Source: Terriglobia bacterium (GTDB taxonomy: Bacteria > Acidobacteriota > Terriglobia > 20CM-2-55-15). From it: a stretch of 64,000 bases of DNA. The notes beneath the pieces were generated by a model. It did not search any database and had not been told where the DNA came from. It saw nothing but the letters and a program-made list of their open reading frames with translations. The position numbers and the translations under genes are program-made. Location of the stretch: the NCBI GenBank assembly GCA_963664115.2, contig CAXWPJ010000002.1:288001-352000 (forward strand), read 5' to 3'. Every line of letters starts with the position of its first letter. Position 1 is the stretch's first letter. Below, piece by piece: positions 21,992-32,188 of this stretch.

Positions 21992-22587
21992 CTGCCTCTC
22001 CATACCAGGGAATACACGCCACCGGCAACAACGGAGCCAACTGTCACTACCAGAACCCAGGTCGCCATCTCCGTCGCCATCTCCGTCCCCATGCCCGCTT
22101 CATAATCCAAATTGATCACGCCAGCGGACTCCCACCCTGAGAAAAACGCCGGACCCATGGCTACGATCAAAGCCAGGGCAATGACCCAGAGAAGGGCCTC
22201 CTCGCCGAGCGCGAGCGGCGCGAAACCCGAACGCCGCGACGTCATAAACACAGACACGCCGGGCACCACCACAGCCAGCACGAGTGCCCCGACCAATGGG
22301 ACATCCTGTAACTGGAGGAGCGAAAACCACAGCCCGGCCAGAGCACCCGCGCAAGCTGAGGTCAGAACCTCCATTCCCGGACGCGTCAACTGGACTGCAG
22401 CGATGACAGCAACGACAAGGCCGATCAAGGAAGGGTCCAGGATGCGATCGGGACCCAGCGCAACAATCGAAATCAAAAATCCAAGACCCAAGGCAGCCAT
22501 GGCTTTGCGATTGCCTGCAGCGGCGGTGGCCAAAGTTGCCGTACCCAAACCGCAGAGCATTCCAAGAGCATGTAGGACGAAGCTCAT
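21988..22587 (-). CDS. Hypothetical integral membrane protein, first gene of the CobN-like operon
   Basis: About 7 hydrophobic segments; stop overlaps the next start. Confidence 0.65.
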   Translation of the reverse strand: MSFVLHALGMLCGLGTATLATAAAGNRKAMAALGLGFLISIVALGPDRILDPSLIGLVVAVIAAVQLTRPGMEVLTSACAGALAGLWFSLLQLQDVPLVGALVLAVVVPGVSVFMTSRRSGFAPLALGEEALLWVIALALIVAMGPAFFSGWESAGVINLDYEAGMGTEMATEMATWVLVVTVGSVVAGGVYSLVWRGR

Positions 22588-23244
22588 TTCAGATTAATCA
22601 ATACCTGTTCATGCGCAATCGGCAAGGCCCTACCAGACCTTCGCACCCAAACAGCCCCCGGGCTGGCCACCGAACTTGCTAAAGCTGTGTAGCTCTTCAG
22701 TATAGCGTACAAGAACGCTTGTGATCGCCGGAGGTATCGCTTACGCCAAAACTCATATTTAAGAATGTCCTAAGCAATAAGTTTTGTCATTTGAAGAGTT
22801 CCTGAATTTGTAGTCAGAATCGTATGCAAGGAGTCGGTACAGGTATCCAGCATTCCAAGGAATATTCTCCGAGTGAGCTTCGATAACTCTGCAATCGTGT
22901 TTAGTCCGTCGAATCTAACAATCTTTCCCTGCACCTTAGCTCAGAAGAGGGCCGCCACTCCAGATGCTCGGACAGGAGGGACCCAGCGATGTCGGGGTGT
23001 GCAATTTCCGATCGGTATCGCTCAGGCTGACACCTGCAAGATCGATGTTCTTAAAATTCATTTCCTGGGTACTTATTAGACCCGCTGGCTCAGTCATCAA
23101 GCCGACGCCATGGATAGACCCTAAATATTTATTTCAGGAAGCCCGATCACCACCCACATTCCGACCGCCGCACCTCAATTCGCCTCCGATGGCCTATATC
23201 TCCTGTTGTTTCAACGAAATGCCGCAATAGCTACGCTTCCTCAA

Positions 23245-23284
23245 TTCTCAGCGTCCGACAATGTCGTTTCTCAGGACTTGAGAA
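23245..23284 (-). repeat. 40-bp 17-6-17 palindromic site A (reverse orientation)
   Basis: TTCTCAGCGTCCGACAA-TGTCGT-TTCTCAGGACTTGAGAA. Confidence 0.85.
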
Positions 23285-23312
23285 TTTGACTTGAGAATTT
23301 AATAGCACCTAG

Positions 23313-25161
23313 TCCCTGAACAAGCGTGATTGACGAGGAAATGATAGTGCAATAAGAGCGGAAGTACCCGAAATGCCCCGTCTCCGTGCGAAAAAAACCT
23401 TGAACAGATTCTTCGGAAAAGGAGGCATTTCAGATGAACGATTATACGCGCAAGAACATGAGGAACCGCAAGCGGCGAATCGAACGTCGGCTTGGGGACC
23501 GGCATTGGACGGATCAGGTAGAGCCGATGTTTTCGGCGAGCAACATTCAGTACGAGATGGGAGAGCGGACGCGGGGCACATCGGTTGGTGGTATCGGGAC
23601 GATGCAACTGGTGGCGCGGCGGACCGGGCTGATCGAAGCCATCGACAAGGGCGTGCATGTGTTGAAGCGGCACCTGCCGTATCACGAGTCGGATCACGTG
23701 CTGAACATCGCCTACAACGCCTTGAGCGGAGGAACGTGCCTGGAAGACATCGAACTGCGGCGCAACGATGCGGTGTATCTGGATGCGCTGGGAGCGCAAC
23801 GGATTCCGGATCCGACGACGGCGGGAGACTTCTGCCGGAGATTCGAGGCCGACGACGTGGAGTGTCTGATGGAGGCAACCAATCAAGTCCGGCTCGGAGT
23901 CTGGCGACAGCAACCGGCGGCGTTTTTCGAAGAAGCGGTGTTGGACGCGGACGGGACACTGGCCGAAACCACGGGGGAATGCAAGCAAGGGATGGACGTG
24001 GCCTACGACGGGACGTGGGGATATCACCCGCTGATGATCTCGCTGGCCAACACCGCCGAACCGCTGTATCTGGTCAATCGTAGCGGCAACCGGCCGTCGC
24101 ATGAAGGAGCCGCGGTCCGGTTCGACCAAGCCATCGCATTGTGCCGGCATGCGGGGTTTCGCCAGATCCTGCTGCGCGGGGACACGGACTTCAGCCAGAC
24201 CCGGCATCTGGACGGATGGGACGACCAGCAGGTGGGTTTCATATTCGGGATTGACGCGATGGCGAACCTGAAGGCCCGGGCCGATGAACTGGAGCCGCGC
24301 CAGTGGAAGCGCCTGGAACGGCCCGCGAAATACGACGTGGCGACCGAACCGCGCCAACGTCCCGACAACGTGAAGGAAGAGATCGTTCGGCAGCGCGGTT
24401 TCGACAATATCCGCTTGCAGGGTGAGGATGTGGCCGAGTTTCGGTATCGACCCGGAGCCTGCGATCGGGACTACCGTGTCGTCGTGGTGCGGAAGAATCT
24501 GTCGGTGGCCAAAGGAGAGCAGGTGTTGTTTGACGACATCCGGTACTTCTTCTACATTACCAACCGTTCGGATCCGGCCGACCAGATTGTGATGCGTGCC
24601 AATCAACGGTGCAATCAGGAGAATCTCATTGAGCAGTTGAAGAACGGCGTTCAGGCGTTGCGGATGCCGGTCGGAGATCAGACCAGCAACTGGGCCTACA
24701 TGGTGATCGCGTCACTGGCCTGGACACTGAAAGCGTGGTTTGCATTGCTGCTTCCCGAAACCGGACGTTGGGGCCAAAAATATCAGGCTGAGAAGCAAAC
24801 CGTGCTGCGCATGGAGTTCAAAACCTTCTTGAACGCTTTCATGCTTGTGCCGTGCCAACTCGTGCGCACCGGGCGGCGCATTCTGTTCCGGATCCTGGCC
24901 TGGAACCGGTGGTTGCCGGTCTTGTTCCGCGGGGTGGATGTGTTGCGTCAGCCTCTGCGATGTTGACCCGATCATGACTCTGAGCCCGGGCGATCGAGGT
25001 CCCGGTTTCTGTCAACCGTCCAACACCAGCGAGGCTGAACTGAAACAGATTCAACAGAAACTCGATACCTGGAACAGGCCATCCGGGAACGGGATTCTAT
25101 GCCTCGAATTCTATCGGCGCGAACTGGGCCTCGGCGGACTGGTTATGCGCTTGTTTTGGGA
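23313..25161 (+). mobile_element. IS1380-family insertion sequence, copy 2 (transposase 23434-24966)
   Basis: Identical 510-aa transposase, same IRs, CTAG flanks. Confidence 0.9.
23434..24966 (+). CDS. IS1380-family DDE transposase
   Basis: Identical protein to 9001-10533. Confidence 0.9.
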   Translation: MNDYTRKNMRNRKRRIERRLGDRHWTDQVEPMFSASNIQYEMGERTRGTSVGGIGTMQLVARRTGLIEAIDKGVHVLKRHLPYHESDHVLNIAYNALSGGTCLEDIELRRNDAVYLDALGAQRIPDPTTAGDFCRRFEADDVECLMEATNQVRLGVWRQQPAAFFEEAVLDADGTLAETTGECKQGMDVAYDGTWGYHPLMISLANTAEPLYLVNRSGNRPSHEGAAVRFDQAIALCRHAGFRQILLRGDTDFSQTRHLDGWDDQQVGFIFGIDAMANLKARADELEPRQWKRLERPAKYDVATEPRQRPDNVKEEIVRQRGFDNIRLQGEDVAEFRYRPGACDRDYRVVVVRKNLSVAKGEQVLFDDIRYFFYITNRSDPADQIVMRANQRCNQENLIEQLKNGVQALRMPVGDQTSNWAYMVIASLAWTLKAWFALLLPETGRWGQKYQAEKQTVLRMEFKTFLNAFMLVPCQLVRTGRRILFRILAWNRWLPVLFRGVDVLRQPLRC

Positions 25162-25164
25162 CTA

Positions 25165-26315
25165 GTGTACCCCGCTCGAAGTAATGTAACTAAAATAGCT
25201 TTCCAACGTCCAATAGAGAATGAGGAAAGCACCGACCATTGAATTGGATGACAAGCAGCGGATGGAGTTGGAGCGACTGAGTCGAAGCCGGAGTACATCG
25301 GTCCGGTTGGCGGAACGATCCCGAATTGTATTACTGGCCGCTGAAGGTCGGAACAATTATGAGATCGCCGCCCGCTTGGAGATCACGCGCCAGAAAGCGG
25401 GCCGCTGGCGCAATCGTTTTGTGGAACAGGGCTTGGCTGGGATCGAAAAGGATGCGCCGCGAAGCGGACGGATTCCCACGATCAGTCGCCGGAAGCGAGC
25501 CCGGATCGTCAAGAAGACACTGGAAGAGAAGCCCCCGAACGCGACGCACTGGAGTCGGGCCTCGATGGCGAAGGCCGTTGGCGTGAGCGAGTCCACGGTC
25601 GGGAAAATCTGGCGGGTCCATGGACTGAAGCCTCATCTGTCACGAACCTTCAAACTATCCAACGACAAACGATTCGCCGAAAAGCTGGAGGATGTGGTCG
25701 GTCTGTATCTGAGCCCACCGGAAAACGCCATTGTCTTGTCCTGCGATGAGAAGAGCCAGATGCAGGCCCTGGACCGCACGCAACCCGGGTTACCTCTGAA
25801 GAAGGGGCGGTGTGGCACCATGACCCACGATTACAAACGTAACGGGACAACCACGCTTTTCGCCGCGCTCAACATCCTGGACGGTTCGGTCATCGGAACC
25901 TGCATGCCAAAGCATCGCCATCAGGAATGGATCCGGTTTCTGAATCAGATCAAACGCGCCATGCCGAAAGATAAGGAGATCCACATTATTTGCGACAACT
26001 ATGCGACTCACAAACATCAGAAAGTCGTCAACTGGCTCAAGCGTAACAAGCGTTTTCATGTGCACTTCACGCCAACCAGTGCGTCGTGGCTCAACATGGT
26101 CGAGCGCTTTTTCCGGGATCTGTCCGAGCAACGACTCCGGCGTGGCGTTTTCCGCTCGGTCCCCGAGTTGATCCAGGCCGTGGAGGACTACCTCGCTCGT
26201 CACAATGAAGACCCGAAACCCTTCATCTGGACTGCAACGGCTTCCGACATCCTTGCTAAAGTCCAGCGCGGCCGGCGAAATCTTGATAAGTTACAGTCTG
26301 TTTAACGGGGACCAC
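25165..26315 (+). mobile_element. IS630-family insertion sequence, copy 1 (1151 bp, TA duplication within CTAG)
   Basis: Ends GTGTACCCCG / CGGGGACCAC; abuts IS1380 copy 2; same as 35204-36354. Confidence 0.9.
25220..26305 (+). CDS. IS630-family transposase
   Basis: HTH region, SCDEKS, DYKRNGT, CDNYATHK, SWLNMVERFF. Confidence 0.95.
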   Translation: MRKAPTIELDDKQRMELERLSRSRSTSVRLAERSRIVLLAAEGRNNYEIAARLEITRQKAGRWRNRFVEQGLAGIEKDAPRSGRIPTISRRKRARIVKKTLEEKPPNATHWSRASMAKAVGVSESTVGKIWRVHGLKPHLSRTFKLSNDKRFAEKLEDVVGLYLSPPENAIVLSCDEKSQMQALDRTQPGLPLKKGRCGTMTHDYKRNGTTTLFAALNILDGSVIGTCMPKHRHQEWIRFLNQIKRAMPKDKEIHIICDNYATHKHQKVVNWLKRNKRFHVHFTPTSASWLNMVERFFRDLSEQRLRRGVFRSVPELIQAVEDYLARHNEDPKPFIWTATASDILAKVQRGRRNLDKLQSV

Positions 26316-26379
26316 TAGCTCCCTCCCTTAGTATTCTTTACCGAGATTTTCGTTGTTCTTTCGGCGACACACTTTAATC

Positions 26380-26647
26380 ATGGAATCGGGCACTCAGCTA
26401 GGTCAGTACGAGATTCTGAGCCTTCTCGGTCAGGTTGGGGAATGGGTGAGGTGTGGCGTCCAAGGGACGCCAAGCCGGGACGCGAAGTGGCCATTAAGAC
26501 TTTGCCTGAGGAGATTGCCAAGGATGCGGATCGTCTCGCACGAATTGAACGTGAAGCGAAGCTTCTGGCTTCGCTCAATCATTCAAACATCGCTGTGATC
26601 CACGGGTTTGAAGAAGACAACGGGATGCACTTCCTTAGTCTTGGAAC
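26380..26647 (+). pseudogene. Ser/Thr protein kinase 5' fragment (copy 1), frameshifted and truncated
   Basis: [17 protein letters not shown], frameshift, then [37 protein letters not shown]; unrelated sequence follows. Confidence 0.85.
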
Positions 26648-26772
26648 CAACGCGGCAGACTTTCCAGCGAGCAGGCCATCCCTCGTTTGGCGGGCGAAGA
26701 ATCCTTTGACCTCTCAGTCGTTGACCTGCTTTAAGTTGACAGCAAAGTGTCGGGACGGCTTAAATCGTTAGC

Positions 26773-29241
26773 ATGTCTGACTCGATTCCAACTTCTCTTT
26801 CATCTATCCTGGGCGCTGCCCGTTCGGCCATGCCGTCGCTGCCGGTGCTTTTCGTTCTCATGCTCCTGCCGGCGCTCTCTTTGGCTCAGGAGGGCACCGC
26901 AGTTCTGTCCGGCCGCATTTTGGACGACTCCGACGGTTCGGCGGTCGGCTTCGCGACCGTGCTGATCAAGAACACCACGGGAGAGCCTCTCTCTGGTGTC
27001 CTTGCTGGAGAGGACGGCCGCTTCCTGATCGAGGGTTTGGCGCCGGGCAACTACACCATCGCGATGTCGTTTCCCGGGTTTTTCCCTGAGGAGGCCAACG
27101 TACTTGTCTCCGAACTCAACCAGTCTTACGACCTGGGTGATATCGGCCTCGTTCGTCAGGTGGTCGAGCAGGAGATTACGGTCACGGCAGAGGCGATCCG
27201 GGTGGCCGGTATAAACACCGAGCTGTTCCGGCTCGACGAAGGGCCGACCCAGTCGACCGGATCGCTGCTCGATGCGATGCGGAATCTTCCTGGTGTGACG
27301 ATCGATCAAGAAGGCAGAGTGGCGCTTCGTGGTAGCGATCAGGTCTCCATCCTTATTGACGGCAGGCAGTCGAGCCTGACGGGATTTGGAAGTCAACGCG
27401 GCCTCGACAGCGTTTCCGCGGCCAATATAGAAGCGATCGAGATCATCCACAATCCTTCTGCGAGCTTTGACGCCGCCGGAATGGCCGGAATCATCAACAT
27501 CATCTACAAACAGGAAACGGAACTGGGCCTCTCGGGAGATCTTGGCCTGTCCGTCGGCGTCGGCCAGTTCTCCAAGCAGCAGCCCGATCTGCCGACTGAT
27601 CTCGGCAGCTTTTCGAACAACGGGAAGATCACGCCCAGCCTAAGCCTGAACTACAACACCGAGAGCGTCCGCAGCTTCGTCCAGACCGAAGTCCTCGTGC
27701 AGGACGATCTGCCAAACAACGAGTTCACGACCCGCTTCTACGACGACGGTCGCGTCATCCAGTCACAGGTGCCGGAAAACCGCGAGCAGACGCACTACAT
27801 CGTCCGGGCAGGCTCGGACATCAGCGTCGGTAGTTCCAACACGCTTTCGGTTTCAGGGATCTACGACTTCGAAACACATACCGACCGTGCGCAGGTTCCC
27901 TTCATCCTGGCGTCCACCGGTGAACGCGAGCGATTTTGGTTCTGGCAGGAAGAGGAAGATACAGGTTTCGCCAACATCAACTTCGATCTCAAGCACGAAT
28001 TCCCGACGCCCGGGCATGAGCTGAACGTCAATCTCCAATACACGCGTGGATGGGAGGACGAGGCGTACTTTCTCAACGAGGAATCAAGGGTTCGCGTGGG
28101 CACGGACATGACCCATCTTGTCGCCGAAGAGAACACTCTGCCACTGAGCATCGATTACATACGCCCGCTGTCGAGCGGTCGGTTGGAGTTGGGCACGAAG
28201 CTCCAAGCGCGCTGGCTGCCAATCACCTACACAGTCGACCGTGGCGTGCAGAGCGTGATTTATGAAGGACTCGGCGACTCTTCCGACTGGGACGAGGACA
28301 TTTACGCCGCGTACGCCAACCTGGTCCAGGTGAAGAACTCGTACTCATTTGAGGCCGGAGTCCGCATCGAGCAGACCAACGTCGCCTACACGATCCCGGA
28401 CGAGAACATCTACTACGAGGGCAGCGACGCGTACAACTACTTCGAGGTCTTTCCAAACGTCAAGTTCACCTACCGGCTGGGCGACGCGAATCAGCTGATC
28501 GCCGCGTACAACCGGCGCATCGATCGACCGGGAGAACCGGAACTGCGCATCTTTCCAAAGTACGACGATCCGGAACTGCTCAAAGTGGGCAACCCGTTTC
28601 TCCGGCCCCAGTTGACCAACGTGTTTGAGGTCGGCTTCGGACGATCGTGGGACGGCGGTTCCGTCAACACTGCCATCTACCACAGGGATCTCGCAGACGC
28701 GTTCCAGCGCGTTTTCGCCATCGACGATACCAACCCGGACTACGACATCGTAAACAGGATCTTCGAGAACGCCGGAAACTCCACCCAGACCGGAATCGAG
28801 GTGATCGTGGAACAGCAGATCGCCGCCCCATGGCGTCTGTCCGGAAGCGTCAACTGGTTCACGAACGACATCGAAGCCCTGGAAACCACCTTGCTGTTCC
28901 CGACACCGCGGCCGTTCACTCTGGCCGCTTCGAGAGACGACACCTGGGATTTCACCATCAACAACCAGTTCCGACTGCCCCGCACGGGGGAACTCCAATT
29001 GAGCTACATCTATTACGCTCGGAGGAACGTCCCCCAAGGCCGCGAGCGTGCACGCTCGTCGCTCGATCTGGCCGCCACCTGGCCCATAGTGAACGAACGC
29101 TCCGAACTGGTGTTCACCTTCAGCGATATCTTCAACGATTTTGCTGTGGAACGTGAGATCGACGGTCAAGGCTTCACGGCGATCTACCAGAACTTGTTGG
29201 AATCGCAAGTTGTCAGCGTTGGCGTAAGAACCCGGTTCTGA
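26773..29241 (+). CDS. TonB-dependent receptor / outer-membrane beta-barrel with carboxypeptidase-regulatory-like N-domain
   Basis: LPGVTID..G..LRG, IEIIHNPSA.FDAAG.AGIINI plug motifs, GNPFLRP, C-terminal F. Confidence 0.9.
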   Translation: MSDSIPTSLSSILGAARSAMPSLPVLFVLMLLPALSLAQEGTAVLSGRILDDSDGSAVGFATVLIKNTTGEPLSGVLAGEDGRFLIEGLAPGNYTIAMSFPGFFPEEANVLVSELNQSYDLGDIGLVRQVVEQEITVTAEAIRVAGINTELFRLDEGPTQSTGSLLDAMRNLPGVTIDQEGRVALRGSDQVSILIDGRQSSLTGFGSQRGLDSVSAANIEAIEIIHNPSASFDAAGMAGIINIIYKQETELGLSGDLGLSVGVGQFSKQQPDLPTDLGSFSNNGKITPSLSLNYNTESVRSFVQTEVLVQDDLPNNEFTTRFYDDGRVIQSQVPENREQTHYIVRAGSDISVGSSNTLSVSGIYDFETHTDRAQVPFILASTGERERFWFWQEEEDTGFANINFDLKHEFPTPGHELNVNLQYTRGWEDEAYFLNEESRVRVGTDMTHLVAEENTLPLSIDYIRPLSSGRLELGTKLQARWLPITYTVDRGVQSVIYEGLGDSSDWDEDIYAAYANLVQVKNSYSFEAGVRIEQTNVAYTIPDENIYYEGSDAYNYFEVFPNVKFTYRLGDANQLIAAYNRRIDRPGEPELRIFPKYDDPELLKVGNPFLRPQLTNVFEVGFGRSWDGGSVNTAIYHRDLADAFQRVFAIDDTNPDYDIVNRIFENAGNSTQTGIEVIVEQQIAAPWRLSGSVNWFTNDIEALETTLLFPTPRPFTLAASRDDTWDFTINNQFRLPRTGELQLSYIYYARRNVPQGRERARSSLDLAATWPIVNERSELVFTFSDIFNDFAVEREIDGQGFTAIYQNLLESQVVSVGVRTRF

Positions 29242-29260
29242 GGATCCAATATGCTTGTCC

Positions 29261-29300
29261 TTCTCAAGTCCTGACAAATCATCTTCTCGGACGTTGAACT
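29261..29300 (+). repeat. Palindromic site B
   Basis: TTCTCAAGTCCTGACAA-ATCATC-TTCTCGGACGTTGAACT. Confidence 0.85.
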
Positions 29301-29529
29301 TCGGGGAGAAGTGCCTAGGAACTGAAATAACGCCGGATTACTAACGATAAGTCGCCAAGGGTTTACCTATCCTGCGGAAGTGAATAGCTCTACCATTCGG
29401 CGTTGCCGAGGACGAATCGTCGCGGCCGCAGGCCGTCGCGCGACCTCTTGCTTTCATGTTTCTTTATCGAGATTTTCAAAGCCAGATTGAAAGAGTCGGT
29501 TCAGTGCCGTCCTATGAGATAGTGGCGTC

Positions 29530-29928
29530 ATGTACTGGCCGCCAACTCGGACGTTTCTGAAATACATCGTCATTCAGATTCCGGGCTGGCTCGGGCTGGT
29601 AGGCGTGCTGCTTTTGCTGTGGCGTCGAGTGGAAATGCCCGCCTGGGCCGCCGGCACGCTGCTCGGTTGCTGGGTTGTGAAAGACCTTGCTCTCTATCCG
29701 TTCCTCCGACGGTCATACGAAGAAGATCCACGGACGGGAGTTGAGCGTATGGTGGGCCTCCGTGGAGTCGTCACCACCGACCTCACGCCAAAGGGTTACG
29801 TCCGCGTGCGCGGCGAGCTGTGGCGTGCGACGGCCCCAACAGGGCCCGTGCCCAGAGGAAGCACGGTGGAAGTCGTCAGTGCTGCTGGTCGTCTTACTTT
29901 GGCGGTTGAACGGGTGCCGGTGCCCTAA
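29530..29928 (+). CDS. NfeD-family protein whose last residues (ERVPVP*) come from the kinase-tail repeat
   Basis: Two TM segments then G.ERMVG..G.V...L.P.GYVRVRGELWRA; ends GAACGGGTGCCGGTGCCCTAA. Confidence 0.8.
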   Translation: MYWPPTRTFLKYIVIQIPGWLGLVGVLLLLWRRVEMPAWAAGTLLGCWVVKDLALYPFLRRSYEEDPRTGVERMVGLRGVVTTDLTPKGYVRVRGELWRATAPTGPVPRGSTVEVVSAAGRLTLAVERVPVP

Positions 29929-29965
29929 ACGACGGTGAAAATGATTCTCAAGTCCCGAGAAATCA

Positions 29966-31214
29966 GGTGATCTCAACAGATCGATGCAACACTGTACCTA
30001 AAAGGAGGAGGTGGAGTGTATGCGTAAGAAACGACGGAAGAAACAGAGTAAAGACCGGGTGCGGCGAGGCTACACACTCGCCGATATAGACGAGGTGTGG
30101 ATTCGCTGGCAGCGGGGAGAGAGTCTGAAAGCGATCGGACGTGTGTTCGGAAAGGAGGGCTCTTCGGTTTATGGTCAGATCGCACCGTATGGTGGAATCT
30201 GTCCCAGGACACGATGCCGCTCTAAGCGGGCGCTGACCCTCGCCGAGCGTGAAGAGATTTCCCGAGGCATTGCCGCCAAGGGATCGATCCGTTCAATTGC
30301 CGAGTCGCTGTCGCGTACACCCTCCACAGTCAGTCGGGAGATCGGTCGCAATGGGGGCTATGATAACTATCGAGCGTTGGAGGCGGATGAACGCGCATGG
30401 GAACGGGCTCACCGCCCGAAGAGATGTCGACTGATCCGCTATCCCAGCTTACGCGGGATCGTCGAAGAGAAGCTCCGGGAGGATTGGGCACCGCGACAAA
30501 TTGCGGGTTGGCTGAAACGCGAATATCCAGACGACGAGTCACTTTACGTGTCACACGAAACGATCTATCGCAGCCTTTTCATCCAGGCCCGCGGGGCTCT
30601 GAAGAAAGAACTGACACAGCATCTACGGACCAAACGCACGATTCGCCGGTCCCAGCATGCCAGTCGCAAAGGCCGGGGTGGCGGGCAGATCCCGGATCTG
30701 ATATCGATCCGTGAGCGCCCGGCTTCGGTTGAAGATCGCGCGGTCCCCGGACACTGGGAAGGGGATCTCATAGCGGGTTCGAACAACACCTACATTGCGA
30801 CATTGGTCGAACGTTTCTCCCGGTACGTGATGCTGGTGAAGGTTCCGAATAAGGAAACCGAAACCGTCATCAACGCGCTGATCGAACACGCAGACAAACT
30901 CCCGACCGAACTCTATAAAACACTGACCTGGGATCGCGGATTGGAAATGGCCAATCACAAACGGTTCACTCTGGCCACCGACATTGCCGTTTACTTTTGC
31001 GATCCGAGGAGTCCCTGGCAACGGGGTTCGAACGAAAACACGAACGGTTTGCTCCGACAGTATTTCCCTAAAGGTACGGACTTGTCGGTTCACTCACAGG
31101 AGCATTTGGATATGATCGCAAGGAAGCTCAACGGGCGACCTCGTGAGACGCTGGACTTCGCTAATCCGGCAGAGACATTAAACGCAGGTGTTGCATCGAC
31201 CGGTTGATCTGAAT
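29966..31214 (+). mobile_element. IS30-family element (1249 bp) inserted in the spacer of palindromic site C (29945-29965 + 31215-31235), CA duplication
   Basis: IR cores TCGATGCAACAC / GTGTTGCATCGA; the flanks rebuild TTCTCAAGTCCCGAGAA-ATCATC-TTGTCGGACGTTGAGAA. Confidence 0.9.
30011..31207 (+). CDS. IS30-family transposase
   Basis: VSHETIY, GHWEGDL, LTWDRG.EM, PWQRGSNENTNGLLRQYFPKG. Confidence 0.95.
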   Translation: MECMRKKRRKKQSKDRVRRGYTLADIDEVWIRWQRGESLKAIGRVFGKEGSSVYGQIAPYGGICPRTRCRSKRALTLAEREEISRGIAAKGSIRSIAESLSRTPSTVSREIGRNGGYDNYRALEADERAWERAHRPKRCRLIRYPSLRGIVEEKLREDWAPRQIAGWLKREYPDDESLYVSHETIYRSLFIQARGALKKELTQHLRTKRTIRRSQHASRKGRGGGQIPDLISIRERPASVEDRAVPGHWEGDLIAGSNNTYIATLVERFSRYVMLVKVPNKETETVINALIEHADKLPTELYKTLTWDRGLEMANHKRFTLATDIAVYFCDPRSPWQRGSNENTNGLLRQYFPKGTDLSVHSQEHLDMIARKLNGRPRETLDFANPAETLNAGVASTG

Positions 31215-31278
31215 CATCTTGTCGGACGTTGAGAATTGGATGCACGGCTTACTACCATGTTCGGCGTAGAAGGACCAT

Positions 31279-31947
31279 ATGGATCGGCATTCGATAGTCC
31301 TAAGGGCCGCCAAACCCACGTTCGATGAAGGTCTGGCATTTGCCCGCTACCTTGACGAAGCAGCCGAAGGATTCTTTCGTATCATGCTCGGTCGCCGCGC
31401 CAGGTACATAGTTGCCACGGCGTTCGCCCAGCCCGACCACGACCTCTCCTACCAGTATGTGACTTGCGCAGAACGTGACAACGTCATCGTGGGAATGATC
31501 TCGGGGTTCACCGCGGAGCAGCATCGCCGTTCCTCGCGCCAACCTCTGAAGCGGGCTGCCGGAAGGCGTAATCTACGAATGAGGATCGTGCTCATACTGT
31601 TTGCTCCACTCATGCGGATTATCGATTCAATCGCCGATGGCGATTTCTACGGCCTGGCCATCGCTGTTGATAAGGAACTTCGCGGCCATGGCGTCGGCTC
31701 CCTCTTGATGAACTCCATTGAAGAGCGGGCTCGAGCGAGCGGATCGACTCGACTATCCGCCGACGTTTCAGCTAAGAATGAGGGATCTCGCCGATTCTGC
31801 GAGCGCCGCGGGATGAACGTCGAGTCGCAGTGGCCGAAGCGATGGGCTATACCGGGATTGAAGTTCTATCGAATGACAAAAGAGCTCCGAGCCTTCAACC
31901 GTGAAAATGATTCTCAAGTCCTGACAAATCATCTTCTCGGACCTTGA
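31279..31947 (+). CDS. GNAT N-acetyltransferase; C-terminus reads into palindromic site D
   Basis: AIAVDKELRGHGVGSLL acetyl-CoA motif; N..SRRF.ER.G. Confidence 0.85.
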   Translation: MDRHSIVLRAAKPTFDEGLAFARYLDEAAEGFFRIMLGRRARYIVATAFAQPDHDLSYQYVTCAERDNVIVGMISGFTAEQHRRSSRQPLKRAAGRRNLRMRIVLILFAPLMRIIDSIADGDFYGLAIAVDKELRGHGVGSLLMNSIEERARASGSTRLSADVSAKNEGSRRFCERRGMNVESQWPKRWAIPGLKFYRMTKELRAFNRENDSQVLTNHLLGP

Positions 31948-31950
31948 GAA
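31911..31950 (+). repeat. Palindromic site D
   Basis: TTCTCAAGTCCTGACAA-ATCATC-TTCTCGGACCTTGAGAA, preceded by the shared linker CCGTGAAAATGA. Confidence 0.85.
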
Positions 31951-32058
31951 TTTCAGCGAACGAAAACTCTCCTCTCGCCTGCCGTTCCTCGATTGGCTTT
32001 CAACTGGCTGTATCTCCCATTGTTTCAATGGAATGCGGCGACACGCTAAGCTTGCCAA

Positions 32059-32098
32059 TTCTCACTGTCCGACAATGTCGTTTCTCAGGACTTGAGAA
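32059..32098 (-). repeat. Palindromic site E (reverse orientation)
   Basis: TTCTCACTGTCCGACAA-TGTCGT-TTCTCAGGACTTGAGAA. Confidence 0.85.
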
Positions 32099-32188
32099 TT
32101 TAATGTTGAGAATTTAATAGCGCCTAACTCCCTGCCTTAGTATTCTTTACCGAGTTTTTCGCAGCTTTTTCAGCGACACACTTTAAAC

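Noticed and set aside
22590-23240. Lower-GC intergenic stretch as a cobalamin riboswitch or receptor remnant
   Set aside because: No recognisable B12-box or convincing ORF by eye; only a weak resemblance to a receptor C-terminus near 22630-22680.
10655-23312. Composite transposon bounded by the two inverted IS1380 copies
   Set aside because: Copy 1 has both halves of the same gene on its flanks and copy 2 lies within an intact repeated leader, so they are independent insertions.
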